Assembly: GCA_009886115.1 (NCBI GenBank) | Contig: VFJJ01000043.1 | Span: 1 to 64,000, forward strand | Origin: Actinomycetota bacterium | GTDB lineage: Bacteria > Actinomycetota > Acidimicrobiia > IMCC26256 > VFJJ01 | DNA: 64,000 bases | Reading direction: 5' to 3' | Shown here: positions 1 to 10,591 of the stretch, piece after piece | How positions within the stretch are numbered: the stretch's first letter is position 1 | Layout: each line of letters opens with the position of its first letter | Position numbers and translations under genes: made by a program | Notes under the pieces: model-generated | What the model saw: only the letters and a program-made list of their open reading frames with translations | Told to the model about the DNA's origin: nothing | The model's database searches: none

Positions 1-351
<351 letters not shown>

Positions 352-576
352 AAAACTGATCCCCGTCGCCACCGAGAAACTCGGGTGCGGCGTGGATTCG
401 AAGAAGAGCAACCACGTTCGCAATCCACAAGGGATTGGATTGTGGCCACCCAGCGCAGACGCTGGTCCTTCGACCCACCGAGGTGGGTCGGAACCGTTGT
501 CCTTGCATTGAGCTGTTTGGGTTCTTGAGGGTTGACCCCTCTCCTTACCCGCACTTGCTGTTGGCTGAACTATTCC

Positions 577-589
577 GTTTTCAAGGAGC
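577..589 (-). promoter_or_regulatory. boxA-like antitermination/processing element in rrn leader
   Basis: Minus strand GCTCCTTGAAAAC, resembling actinobacterial rrn boxA, lies between the promoter and 16S. Confidence 0.55.
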
Positions 590-776
590 GACTGCCATGG
601 CAGGGCCGAAGAACGGTTGCCTGGCCGACACACTGTCAGCGGTAGCGTGCTCTCGAAGGAGGCGCCGCCGCTCGTTCGTGTCAGGAGATGCTCGATCGTG
701 GAGCGCTCATGCATCGGGCGCTCGTCTGCCCGGTAGGTCCGGCTGTGTACGAATCCGGTCCGGCGGGCGGAGGGGT

Positions 777-805
777 AATCTACACTGCTTCGCTGTCGGT
801 GTCAA
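777..805 (-). promoter_or_regulatory. sigma70/SigA-type rRNA operon promoter
   Basis: Minus strand TTGACA (805-800), 17 nt, TAGATT (782-777), upstream of the 16S leader. Confidence 0.85.
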
Positions 806-890
806 CTCGGAGCCGAGATTCTCGTCCGTTTGATCCGGACGAGGTTCTCGGAGTTCCAGGCTGCGCTGACGGCGGTCAACGTAGCCGGGC

Positions 891-2123
891 TCAGGAGCCC
901 AGCTCGTACCGGGCCCACCGACGTTTTCCGACCTGGACGACCATGGTGCCGAGTGATTCGGCCGAGAGATCGTGCTCGGGGTCGGCGACACGCTCACCGT
1001 CGATCCGTACCGCTCCTCCGGTGATCTGCCGGCGGGCGTCGCCGTTGCTCGTGACCAGTCCCGCGAGCGCCAGGAGCCTCACCAGACCGATGCGCCCGTC
1101 GACGATCTCCGATGGCGCCACCACGGTGGTCGAGATCTCGTCGGGGCGCCCGCCGGCCTTGAACACCTGGTCGAACGCGGCCTCGGACGCCGCTGCGGCG
1201 TCGAGTCCGTGGTAGCGCTCGACGACGGTCCGCCCCAGGAGGCGCTTGGCGGCATTGGGATGCAGCGTGCCCGCTGCCAGCGCAGCCGTGGTGGAGGCGA
1301 TCTGGGCGGGGTGCCAGCCCGTGGCCAGCTCGAGGTAGCGGGGTAGAAGGGTGTCGGGGATGCTCATGAGCTTGCCGAACTGCTCCGCCGGCGACTCGGC
1401 GATCCCGACGTAGTTCCCCAGGGACTTCGACATCTTCTTGACCCCGTCGAGTCCCTCGAGCAGCGGCGTCGTGAGCGCGATCTGGGGGAGCTGGCCCTCG
1501 GCACGCTGGAGGTCGCGCCCGACCAGGAGGTTGAACAGCTGGTCGGTTCCCCCGAGCTCGACGTCGGCGCGGACCATCACCGAGTCCCACCCTTGCAGCA
1601 ACGGGTAGAGGAGCTCGAGGATCGAGATCGGCTGTCCGCCCGTGTAGCGGTTGTGGAAGTCGTCACGCTCGAGCATGCGGGCCACGGTGTAGCGCGAGGT
1701 GAGGGCCAGGACATCGGAGATGCCCATCGCTCCGAGCCACTCCGAGTTGCGGCGGATCTCGAGGCGCTCGGGTGCCGGGTCGAGGATCCGCTGGACCTGC
1801 TCGATGTACGTCGCTGCGTGGCGATCGACCTCCTCGGCCGAGAGCTGCGGCCTCGTCGCCGACCGTCCGCTCGGATCGCCCACGCGCGCTGTGAAGTCTC
1901 CGATGATCAGGACCGCACGGTGCCCGAGGTCCTGGAACTGGCGGAGCTTGCGCAACACGACGGCGAAACCCAGGTGGATGTCTGACGCGGTGGGGTCGAT
2001 CCCGAGCTTCACGCGCAGCGGGCGTCCCGAGGCCAGACGGTGGCCGAGCTCGTCGGCCGACACGAGTGCTGCGGACCCGGAGGTGAGGACGTGCAGCTGC
2101 TCGTCGACGCTGATCTCGGCCAT
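891..2123 (-). CDS. tyrS: Tyrosyl-tRNA synthetase
   Basis: KLGIDPTASDIHLGF (HIGH-like), GGTDQLFN, KMSKS and a C-terminal S4 domain. Start ATG 2123 lies 7 nt after TGcTACCGT. Confidence 0.97.
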   Translation of the reverse strand: MAEISVDEQLHVLTSGSAALVSADELGHRLASGRPLRVKLGIDPTASDIHLGFAVVLRKLRQFQDLGHRAVLIIGDFTARVGDPSGRSATRPQLSAEEVDRHAATYIEQVQRILDPAPERLEIRRNSEWLGAMGISDVLALTSRYTVARMLERDDFHNRYTGGQPISILELLYPLLQGWDSVMVRADVELGGTDQLFNLLVGRDLQRAEGQLPQIALTTPLLEGLDGVKKMSKSLGNYVGIAESPAEQFGKLMSIPDTLLPRYLELATGWHPAQIASTTAALAAGTLHPNAAKRLLGRTVVERYHGLDAAAASEAAFDQVFKAGGRPDEISTTVVAPSEIVDGRIGLVRLLALAGLVTSNGDARRQITGGAVRIDGERVADPEHDLSAESLGTMVVQVGKRRWARYELGS

Positions 2124-2231
2124 GGCGCCGACGGTAGCAACCGGGCACCCGACCCGGAGAACGTGTTTCGCCGCACCGAGCGCATCCGGCTGACTCCGGG
2201 GCCACGCCCGGGATCGGTACGATCGCGGGAG

Positions 2232-4817
2232 ATGCCGTCCGATCCTGCTGCTCCCTGTCGCGCCGGCGACCGCACGCCTCCTCGTCGAGGTCTGACGGCG
2301 CGACGCCTTCGAGCCACTGCCGCCCTCGCGGTCGCGGCCGTCGTGGCCACGGCGTGCGACGGGCTGTACCGCTACGACGTCGAGATCGAGCAGCAGGACT
2401 TCACGAACGCTCAGCCGTCGACCATCTTCGCTCGGGACGGCACGCCCATCATCACGCTCAAAGCCGAGGAGAACCGGGCCAAGATCGATCTCATCGAGAT
2501 GGGCGAGGATCCGCGGTGTCGTGCCGTGGTGAAGCCACCGGAGACCCAGGTCGACTGCGGGAGCGTCGTCAACGCCGTCATCGCCATCGAGGACGAGCGT
2601 TACTGGGACCACCAAGGCGTCGACGTCAAGGCCCTCCTCCGCGCCCTGGTGCGCAATGCCGAGGAGGGTGCGATCGTCGAGGGTGGCTCGACCATCACCC
2701 AGCAGTGGGTGAAGAACCAGATCCTGAGCGACGAACAGACCGCCGGACGCAAGGCGCGTGAGGCCATCACCGCCCTCCAGGTCACCCAGAAGTACCCCAA
2801 GGAGTACGTGCTCGAGAGCTACCTGAACACGATCTACTTCGGCAACGGTCAGTACGGCGTGGAGGCCGCGGCGCTCTACTACTTCGGCGAGCACGCCAAG
2901 GACCTCAGCGTGGCCCAGGCGGCGCTCATCGCCGGACTGCCCAAGTCGCCCTCGACGCTCGACCCGTACACGAACCCCGAGGACGCCCGGGCCCGCCGCA
3001 ACCTGGTGCTCGACGCCATGCTCGAGCAGGGGTACATCTCCAAGGAACGCTACGACCAAGCGAAGCTGACGCCGATCGCGGGGCCGACCCTGGCTTCGAT
3101 CGCCGGGCTCGACGGACGAGCGCACCTGCGCCCGGGCGAGCTCCTCGACCACAGCCCGTCGAACGTCGGGTACCCGGCACCCCACTTCGTCGACGCCGTG
3201 AAGCGGTGGATCCTCAACGATCCCGAGTTCGGCAGGGCCCTCGAGACCAACGGCTACGAGGACACCAAGGAGGTGCGAGAGGACCTGCTGTTCCGCCAGG
3301 GCCTGCGCATCACCACCACCGTCGACCTCGGGCTCCAAGCTCTCGCCGAACAGGCGATGGAGGGCGTCCTGCCGGACCCGGCCGAGCAGTGGCCCACCGC
3401 GGCGCTGGTGACGGTCGACCCGCTCACGGGCGAGGTGTTGGCCATGGTGGGCGGCCGGCCCGGATACTTCGGCGACGATCCTCGGGCCAAGTTCGATTTC
3501 GCCAGCGTCGGCCGCCGCCAGACGGGCTCGTCGTTCAAGACCTTCGTGCTCGCCGCCGCTCTCGAGCAGGGCATCCCGCCGCTGACCCAGGTCGACTCGA
3601 CGTCGCCGGCGCACATCCTGCTCCCCGACGGCAAGTACTGGGAGCCCCGCAACGCCGAGGGCAGCGGCCACGGCATGGTCGATCTGATCGAGTCGACCCG
3701 CTCGTCGATCAACGCTGCATATGCCAACCTGATCGTGATGGTCGGCCCGGAGTACGCGGTCTCGGTGGCCGAGAAGCTGGGCATCGAGTCACCCATGCAG
3801 CCGTTCTACTCGTCGGTGCTGGGCTCGAACGAGGTGACACCGCTCGACATGGCGACGGCCTACGCCACGCTCGCCAACGACGGTGTGCGCAACGACAACA
3901 CGTTCGTGCTGAGCGTCACGACCGCCAGCGGGCGCGAGATCTACGACCACACGCCCACGGCCGAGACGGCGGTCAGCGACCGTACGGCCCGAACAGTGAG
4001 CCAGATCATGACCCAGGTGATCTGCTGCGGTACCGCGGCCCGGCGCGGCCCGCTCCCCGACGGACGACCGGCCGCCGGCAAGACGGGCACCAACCAGGAT
4101 TACAAAGACGCCTGGTTCGTGGGCTACACCTCGTGCTTCGGAGCCGGTGAGGGCGATCGCTGCCTCTCGACTGCGGTCTGGGTCGGCTTCGGCGACCGGC
4201 CCCGGCCCATGCAGCCCCCGGCGACGCCGATCAAGGTATTCGGCGGCACCTATCCCACCCAGATCTGGCACGACTTCATGGCGGCGGCCCACGCCGGCCA
4301 CGAGATCATCCCGTTCGCCGAGATGCCGCCGTGGGCGGTTCCGGTGACGACCACGACGCAGGCCCTGCCCATCTCGCTCCCCAACGTCATCGGCCTTCCC
4401 GTCGAGGAGGCCCGGACCATCCTGCGGACGGCGGGATTCAACTCGATCACCGAACTCCAGCAGCTGGTCGGTCCCGAGACCGCCCCAGGGACGGTGCTGG
4501 CCCAGGAGCCGGCGGCCGGCCTGTTCTTCATGCCCGACACGACGATCGCCCTCGACGTGGCCACCGCCTCGCCGGTGGTGCCCAACGTGCTGGGCAAGAG
4601 CGCCGCCGAGGCCCGGGCCGCTGTGGAAGCGGCCGGGTACATCGTGCAGGTGCAGGTGGAGCTGCGCGCCGGAGCGACCGACGCCGAGGCCGGTCGGGCG
4701 TGGCGCACCGTGCCCGCAGCGGGCATCCCCACTGCCGGAGGAACGACGGTCGTGCTGAGCGTCAACCCCGAGCTGCCGGCGACGACGCCCACGCCCACCT
4801 CGTCCGCCACGGGCTGA
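2232..4817 (+). CDS. Class A penicillin-binding protein (transglycosylase/transpeptidase) with two C-terminal PASTA domains
   Basis: GT51 motifs EDERYWDHQGVD, GGSTITQQWVKN, YLNTIYFG; TP motifs SSFK, SIN, KTGT; LPNVIG and VPNVLG PASTA repeats. Start inferred 8 nt after TACGAT. Confidence 0.93.
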   Translation: MPSDPAAPCRAGDRTPPRRGLTARRLRATAALAVAAVVATACDGLYRYDVEIEQQDFTNAQPSTIFARDGTPIITLKAEENRAKIDLIEMGEDPRCRAVVKPPETQVDCGSVVNAVIAIEDERYWDHQGVDVKALLRALVRNAEEGAIVEGGSTITQQWVKNQILSDEQTAGRKAREAITALQVTQKYPKEYVLESYLNTIYFGNGQYGVEAAALYYFGEHAKDLSVAQAALIAGLPKSPSTLDPYTNPEDARARRNLVLDAMLEQGYISKERYDQAKLTPIAGPTLASIAGLDGRAHLRPGELLDHSPSNVGYPAPHFVDAVKRWILNDPEFGRALETNGYEDTKEVREDLLFRQGLRITTTVDLGLQALAEQAMEGVLPDPAEQWPTAALVTVDPLTGEVLAMVGGRPGYFGDDPRAKFDFASVGRRQTGSSFKTFVLAAALEQGIPPLTQVDSTSPAHILLPDGKYWEPRNAEGSGHGMVDLIESTRSSINAAYANLIVMVGPEYAVSVAEKLGIESPMQPFYSSVLGSNEVTPLDMATAYATLANDGVRNDNTFVLSVTTASGREIYDHTPTAETAVSDRTARTVSQIMTQVICCGTAARRGPLPDGRPAAGKTGTNQDYKDAWFVGYTSCFGAGEGDRCLSTAVWVGFGDRPRPMQPPATPIKVFGGTYPTQIWHDFMAAAHAGHEIIPFAEMPPWAVPVTTTTQALPISLPNVIGLPVEEARTILRTAGFNSITELQQLVGPETAPGTVLAQEPAAGLFFMPDTTIALDVATASPVVPNVLGKSAAEARAAVEAAGYIVQVQVELRAGATDAEAGRAWRTVPAAGIPTAGGTTVVLSVNPELPATTPTPTSSATG

Positions 4818-4888
4818 CAGCCCAGCAGCCCGGCAGCCCGGCAGCGGCCAGCCCAGGAGGGTTCGAGCCTGCGACTGCGTGGTGACGC

Positions 4889-5557
4889 TCAGCTCACGTT
4901 GGGATCGCCACTCACGTACCAGCGCCAGCTGTGCTCGACCGCCTTGCTGATGCCGATGCGCGGGCTCGCGCTCGGCCGGGCCGGCGGCGCCGTGTCGTCG
5001 TCGGCGATCCAGACCGCAGCCGATGCCGCGCAGAGATCGAGCCCGTTGTGCCGCCCGTCGAGCCCCAGGGCCTGGGTGAGCCGGGCCGGGCCCGAGCACA
5101 GGTCGCGCTCACGGCGGGCTGCGGGCCGCCGCTCGTGCATCGTTGCGCGGCCCTCGAGCGGGGCCAGGGCCCGCACCAGGACGGCCGTCCCGACGCCGTC
5201 ATCGCCGGTGACGGCGTTGGCGCACCAGTGCATCCCGTAGCTGAAGTACACGTACAGGTGACCTGCGGGCCCGAACATGACCTGCGTGCGCGGTGTCGTG
5301 CCCCGATACGAATGGCTCGCCGGATCGTCGGCGCCGAGGTAGGCCTCGACCTCCACGATGCGGCCGGCGATCAGCCCCGCGCCGGGATCGTCGTGCACCA
5401 GCACCTTGTTCAAAAGCTCGACGGCCACGACCCGACTGTCGCGGGCGAAGAACTCTCGTCCCAACCGCCGAGCCTGGCTCAGGGGCGCCGGCCCGGGACG
5501 CTCGGCGGCCTGGGCCCCGTCCCCAGACGTCGAGCCGGCCCCGGGGACGGCCGTCAC
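4889..5557 (-). CDS. mpg: DNA-3-methyladenine glycosylase (MPG/AAG family)
   Basis: GRIVEVEAY, ASHS, MFGPAGHLYVYFSYGMHWC, GPARL, RIGI; GTGA overlap with the argH stop. Confidence 0.93.
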   Translation of the reverse strand: MTAVPGAGSTSGDGAQAAERPGPAPLSQARRLGREFFARDSRVVAVELLNKVLVHDDPGAGLIAGRIVEVEAYLGADDPASHSYRGTTPRTQVMFGPAGHLYVYFSYGMHWCANAVTGDDGVGTAVLVRALAPLEGRATMHERRPAARRERDLCSGPARLTQALGLDGRHNGLDLCAASAAVWIADDDTAPPARPSASPRIGISKAVEHSWRWYVSGDPNVS

Positions 5558-6957
5558 TCGCCGAGCCACGCCTTCTGCGCCGCCAGCCGGTCGTGCACCG
5601 CGACGAGCTGGGCCGCGAGCGGACCGGGACCGGCGCCGCCCGGCGACGATCGGCGGCGCACCGCGGCACCGGGTTCGAGGTGGGTGAGGGCCTCGGGACC
5701 GAGCCGGGGCTCGGTCATCACCAGCTCATCGATCGGGATACCCCGTTCGAGGGACTGGCGCACGATGCTGCCGACGATCCCGTGGGCGTCGCGGAACGGG
5801 ACGCCCCGACGCACCAGATCCTCGGCCAGGTCGGTCGCTGACGACGAGGGCATGTCGGCGGCCTTGCGCATGCGCTCGACGTCGAACGTGACCGTGCTCA
5901 TCATGCCGGTCACGGCGTTGAGGGTGAGCGCCAGCGTGTCGAACGCGTCGAACAGCGGTTCCTTGTCCTCCTGCAGATCGCGGTTGTAGGCCAACGGGAG
6001 CCCCTTCAACGTGGCCAGGAAACCGGTGAGATCGCCGATGAGCCGACCGGCCTTGCCGCGGGCCAGCTCGGCGATGTCGGGGTTCTTCTTCTGCGGGAGC
6101 ATGGAGGAGCCCGTCGAGTAGGCATCGGCCAGCCGAGCGAAGCCGAACTCCTCACTGGTCCACAGCACGATCTCCTCGCCCATCCGAGAGAGGTGGATCT
6201 GGGTCAAGGCGCAGGTGAACAGCAGCTCGGCAACGAAGTCTCGGTCGGAGACGGCATCGATCGAGTTCTGGAAACGAGCGTGAAAGCCCAGATCGGCGGC
6301 AACCTTGTCGGGATCGAGGGGGAGGCTCGACCCGGCCAGCGCGCCGGCGCCCAACGGGGAGACGTCGGCCCGGTGCAGCGCATCGCCGAAGCGGTCGACA
6401 TCGCGTACGAAGGCCCAGACGTGCGCCAGGAGGTGGTGCGCGAGCAGCACGGGCTGGGCCCGCTGGAGGTGGGTGTATCCCGGGAGGTAGGCGTCGCCCA
6501 TCTCCACGGCCCGTTCCAGCAGCACGAGCTGGAGGCCATGGATGCGCCGGGCCAGGTCGCGGCCTTCGCGACGAACGAACAGTCGCAGATCGAGCGCCAC
6601 CTGGTCGTTGCGGCTACGACCGGTGTGCAACTTGGCCCCGGCCGGACCGGCCAGCTCGGTGACCCGCCGTTCGATGGCGGTGTGGATGTCCTCGTCGGTC
6701 GGCTGGAACACGAACGTCCCGGCCAGGAGCTCCTTCTCAGCCTGGGCCAGGGCCGCCATGACGAGTGATCGCTCCTCCTCGGTGAGCAGGCCCACGCTGG
6801 CCAGCATCGCCACATGGGCCCGGGAACCTTCGATGTCGTCGCCAGCGAGGCGCCGGTCGAAGGGCAGGCTCACCGTGAACGCCATCAGCTCGTCGGCCGG
6901 CGCCTCGGTGATCCGTCCGTGCCACAGGGTGCGGCTCTCGCCGGCGGTGTCGCTCAT
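5554..6957 (-). CDS. argH: Argininosuccinate lyase
   Basis: EDIH, HTGRSRNDQ, GYTHLQRAQP, GSSMLPQKKNPD. Confidence 0.97.
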   Translation of the reverse strand: MSDTAGESRTLWHGRITEAPADELMAFTVSLPFDRRLAGDDIEGSRAHVAMLASVGLLTEEERSLVMAALAQAEKELLAGTFVFQPTDEDIHTAIERRVTELAGPAGAKLHTGRSRNDQVALDLRLFVRREGRDLARRIHGLQLVLLERAVEMGDAYLPGYTHLQRAQPVLLAHHLLAHVWAFVRDVDRFGDALHRADVSPLGAGALAGSSLPLDPDKVAADLGFHARFQNSIDAVSDRDFVAELLFTCALTQIHLSRMGEEIVLWTSEEFGFARLADAYSTGSSMLPQKKNPDIAELARGKAGRLIGDLTGFLATLKGLPLAYNRDLQEDKEPLFDAFDTLALTLNAVTGMMSTVTFDVERMRKAADMPSSSATDLAEDLVRRGVPFRDAHGIVGSIVRQSLERGIPIDELVMTEPRLGPEALTHLEPGAAVRRRSSPGGAGPGPLAAQLVAVHDRLAAQKAWLGE

Positions 6958-7021
6958 GGAGCTCGCTGCTCTCTCTCGGGTTCGCACTGGGGCCTGAGGC
7001 CCGGGTGGGGTCGTTGGTGGG

Positions 7022-7492
7022 TCAGAGCCCGGCCAGGGTCCTGAGGTGGTTGGCGACATCGCGGCCCGGGAAGCGCTCTGCGCAGACGATCAGGATGGTG
7101 TCGTCGCCGGCGATGGTGCCCACGATCTCGGCCAGACCAGCGCGGTCGAGGGCCGAGGCCACGACGTGGGCCGAACCCGGTGGCGTGCGCAGGACGACGA
7201 GATTGTGGCTGTGATCGGCCTCGACCACGAACTCGCCCATGACCCGACGGAGATGATCTTCGGGAACCACCCGGTCGTGCGCGTGCTCGGGGATGGCGTA
7301 GGCCATGGTGCCGCCGGGGATGCGGACCTTGACCGCGCCCAGCTCCTCGAGGTCGCGACTCACCGTGGCCTGGGTGGCGACGATCCCTTCGGAGGCCATC
7401 AGCTCGAGGAGCTGCTGCTGGCTGGAGACGACCTGCTCCTCGAGGAGACGGGCGATCCGGTGCTGGCGCTGGGGCTTGCCGAGCGTTCCCAC
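7022..7492 (-). CDS. argR: Arginine repressor
   Basis: TQATVSRDLEELG, TPPGSAH, GTIAGDDT; GTG start after an AAGGAG RBS. Confidence 0.96.
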   Translation of the reverse strand: MGTLGKPQRQHRIARLLEEQVVSSQQQLLELMASEGIVATQATVSRDLEELGAVKVRIPGGTMAYAIPEHAHDRVVPEDHLRRVMGEFVVEADHSHNLVVLRTPPGSAHVVASALDRAGLAEIVGTIAGDDTILIVCAERFPGRDVANHLRTLAGL

Positions 7493-7503
7493 GTCGGGCT
7501 CCT

Positions 7504-8442
7504 TCACTGCGGTCGCTGCGGGTCGAGCAGCTCGACGAGCAACGCTCGGACGGCATGCATGCGGTTCTCGGCCTGGTTCCACACCACCGACGACGGCCCG
7601 TCGATCACCTCGTCGGTGACCTCCTCGCCCCGATGCGCGGGCAGGCAATGCAGGAACACCGCATCGGGCTCGGCATGGGCCATCAGGTCGATGTCGACGC
7701 GGTACGGGTCGAACACGGCGAGCCGATGCTCGTGCTCGGATTCCTGGCCCATCGAGGTCCAGACGTCGGTGTAGACGGCGTGCGCGTCGCGCACCGCCTC
7801 GATCGGATCGGAGGTGAGCTCGACGACGCCTCCGAGGTGGCGGGCTCGGGCCACCACGACCTCGGGGAGCTCGTATCCGGGCGGGCTGGCCAGCACGATC
7901 TCGACACCGGTCATCGCCGCCCCGAGCGCCAGCGACGCCGCCACGTTGTTGCCGTCGCCCACGTAGGCCAGGCGCCGCCCTTCGAGCTCGCCCCACGATT
8001 CACGTAGGGTGAGCAGATCGGCGAGGGCCTGGCACGGATGGGCCTGGTCGCTGAGCAGGTTCACGACCGGGACCGAGACCGCAGCCTGCATGGTCTCGAG
8101 CACGGCGTGATCGAACACCCTCGCTGCGATCGCGGTGCAGTAGCTGGCCAGGGTACGGGCGACATCGGCCGCGCTCTCGCGGGCGCCCAGGCTCACCTCC
8201 TGCTCTCGCAGGCTCACCGGATGGCCCCCGAGCGTGGCGACGGCCATCTCGAACGAGACCCGGGTACGCAGCGACGGCTTCTGGAACAGCGCAGCGATGC
8301 CCCGGCCGGAGAGCACGCCCGCCGGGACGAGGCCCGGATCGGTCTTCCACGCCGTGGCCCGATCGAGCACCGTCGTGATCTGGCCGCTCGTGAGGTCGTC
8401 GACCTCGAGCACTCCCCGGTGGCCGCCGGGACCGGCCGTCAC
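7504..8442 (-). CDS. argF: Ornithine carbamoyltransferase
   Basis: KPSLRT, HPCQALAD, GDGNNV, DVWTSMG, HCLP; GTGA overlap with argD. Confidence 0.95.
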   Translation of the reverse strand: MTAGPGGHRGVLEVDDLTSGQITTVLDRATAWKTDPGLVPAGVLSGRGIAALFQKPSLRTRVSFEMAVATLGGHPVSLREQEVSLGARESAADVARTLASYCTAIAARVFDHAVLETMQAAVSVPVVNLLSDQAHPCQALADLLTLRESWGELEGRRLAYVGDGNNVAASLALGAAMTGVEIVLASPPGYELPEVVVARARHLGGVVELTSDPIEAVRDAHAVYTDVWTSMGQESEHEHRLAVFDPYRVDIDLMAHAEPDAVFLHCLPAHRGEEVTDEVIDGPSSVVWNQAENRMHAVRALLVELLDPQRPQ

Positions 8443-9686
8443 CGGACTGCCCCCTGGTCGGGCGCTTCGAGCTGCTCGGCGAGGACGCTCCCCACGATCG
8501 CCACGGCGGCGGCGATCTCGTCGTCGGTCACGGTGAGCGGCGGCGCCAGACGCAGAGCCGTCGGCGTGACGGCGTTGACGACGAGCCCCCGTTCGAGCAG
8601 CGTGGCGGCGACCGCCTTGGCGTCGATCGGGGGTTCGAGCTCGACCGCCAGGAGCAACCCCAGGCCGCGCACATGGGCGACGCCGGCGACATCGGCCAGG
8701 GCTGCGCGGAGCGCGGCCCCGGCCCGGGCGGCCATCGCCGGGGCGTCGTCGCGTTCCATGACCGCCAGCGTGGCCAGAGCGGCCCGAGCCGCGAGGGGTT
8801 GGCCGCCGAACGTCGTGGCGTGCAGGCCGGGCACGAACGCCGAGGCCACCTCGGAGCGAGCCCAGCAGGCGCCGATGGGCATGCCGTTGCCCAGCGCCTT
8901 GGCCATGGTGACCACGTCGGGCTGAACGCCCATGTGCTCGAAGCCGAACCATCGCCCGGTACGGCCCATGCCCACCTGCACCTCGTCGCAGACGAGCAGG
9001 GCGTCGCGCTCGTCGCAGAGCTCCCTGACCGCCTGGAGGTACGCGGTGTCGGTGGGGTGCACGCCGCCCTCGCCTTGGACCGCTTCGATCATCACGGCAC
9101 AGACGCGGTCGTCGAAGGCCTTGGTGAGCTCGTCGACGTCGTTGAGCAGCACGTGCCGGAAGCCGTCGGGCAGGGGCTGGAACTGCTCCTGCTTCTCGGG
9201 CTGGCCCGTGGCGGCCAGCGTGCTCAGCGTGCGTCCGTGGAACGAGCCGTAGGCGCTGAGGACGTGGAAGCGCTCGCGGCCGTGGCGGGTCTGGCCGTAC
9301 CGGCGGGCCAGCTTGATCGCGCACTCGTTGGCCTCGGCCCCGGAGTTGGCGAAGAACACCCGTCCGCCACCCCCGAGCAGCCGGTCGAGGACCGCCGCCA
9401 ACCGGGGCTGGATGTCGTTGTAGTACAGGTTCGAGACGTGGAGCAGCGTGCGGGCCTGGTCGGCGATGGCGTCTGCCACCTCGGGATGGGCGTGGCCCAA
9501 CGCCGTGACGGCGAGCCCGCCGAGGAAGTCGAGGTACTCGCGGCCCTCGGTGTCGTAGAGCCGCGTGCCCGCACCACGGACGAACGCCACCGGGATGCGG
9601 CCGTAGGTCTGCATCACGTGGGCGGCGTCGAGGGCGCGGAGCTCGTCGAACGTCATCGGGGTGGGCGCGTCGCTCGGCCCGGTCAT
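8439..9686 (-). CDS. argD: Acetylornithine aminotransferase
   Basis: NSGAEANE, FHGRT, DEVQVGMGRTG, MAKALGNG (PLP lysine). Confidence 0.95.
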   Translation of the reverse strand: MTGPSDAPTPMTFDELRALDAAHVMQTYGRIPVAFVRGAGTRLYDTEGREYLDFLGGLAVTALGHAHPEVADAIADQARTLLHVSNLYYNDIQPRLAAVLDRLLGGGGRVFFANSGAEANECAIKLARRYGQTRHGRERFHVLSAYGSFHGRTLSTLAATGQPEKQEQFQPLPDGFRHVLLNDVDELTKAFDDRVCAVMIEAVQGEGGVHPTDTAYLQAVRELCDERDALLVCDEVQVGMGRTGRWFGFEHMGVQPDVVTMAKALGNGMPIGACWARSEVASAFVPGLHATTFGGQPLAARAALATLAVMERDDAPAMAARAGAALRAALADVAGVAHVRGLGLLLAVELEPPIDAKAVAATLLERGLVVNAVTPTALRLAPPLTVTDDEIAAAVAIVGSVLAEQLEAPDQGAVR

Positions 9687-10591
9687 GGCAGCACCATCGT
9701 TCCGATTCCCTCCCGGGTGAAGAACTCGAGCAGCAGCACATGGGGGATGCGGCCGTCGAGGATGTGGGCCCGCTTCACCCCGGCCCGCAGGGCGTCGACG
9801 CACGAACGGAGCTTGGGGATCATCCCCTCGCTCACCGAGCCGTCGTCGAGCATGGCCTGGAGACGGTCGGCGTCGACCTGGGCGAGGAGCGAGGTCTTGT
9901 CGGCGAAGTCGGCGTAGAGCCCGGCGACATCGGTGAGGTAGACGAGCTTCTCGGCCTGGAGCGCCTCGGCGACAGCGCCCGCCACCGTGTCGGCGTTGAT
10001 GTTGTAGGCCTGACCGTCGTCGTCGACGCCGACACCGGCGACCACCGGGATCAGCTCCTCCCGCAGGAGCTTCACGAGGATGCCGGGGTTGACCGATCGC
10101 ACGTCGCCGACGAAACCCAGCCGGGGATCGCGCTGGGTGACGGTGATGAGACCGGCGTCCTCGCCCGAGAGCCCCACAGCGTAGGGCCCCTGCTTGTTGA
10201 TGGCGCCGACGACCTCACGGTTGACCCGACCCACGAGGGCCATGCGCACGATGTCGACGGTCTCGGCGTCGGTGACCCGCAGCCCGTCGACGAACGTGGC
10301 CTGCTTGCCCAGGCGGTTCATGAGGTCGGTGATCTGGGGGCCGCCGCCGTGCACGACGACCGGATTGATGCCCACCAGTCGCATGAGCACGACGTCCTGC
10401 GCGAAGAGATCGGCCAGATGGGGCTCGTTCATGGCGTGGCCGCCGTACTTGATGACCACGGTGCGCCCCGAGAACTCGCGGATGTACGGGAGGGCCTCGG
10501 CCAGCACGGCCGCCTTCTCGCGGGCGGTCTCCAGACGAGCCAGGGCTGCGCTGCCGGCCGTCGTGGTGTCGGCCGTCGTGGTGCCGCTCAC
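9683..10591 (-). CDS. argB: Acetylglutamate kinase
   Basis: VIKYGGHAM, VHGGGPQI, GLRVTD, NINADT, GMIPK. Confidence 0.96.
   Translation of the reverse strand: MSGTTTADTTTAGSAALARLETAREKAAVLAEALPYIREFSGRTVVIKYGGHAMNEPHLADLFAQDVVLMRLVGINPVVVHGGGPQITDLMNRLGKQATFVDGLRVTDAETVDIVRMALVGRVNREVVGAINKQGPYAVGLSGEDAGLITVTQRDPRLGFVGDVRSVNPGILVKLLREELIPVVAGVGVDDDGQAYNINADTVAGAVAEALQAEKLVYLTDVAGLYADFADKTSLLAQVDADRLQAMLDDGSVSEGMIPKLRSCVDALRAGVKRAHILDGRIPHVLLLEFFTREGIGTMVLP

Noticed and set aside
7504..8442. SLRT motif suggesting an N-acetyl/succinyl-ornithine transcarbamylase
   Set aside because: The canonical DxxxSMG ornithine loop and HCLP are present and argJ is in the operon, so this is an ordinary OTC.
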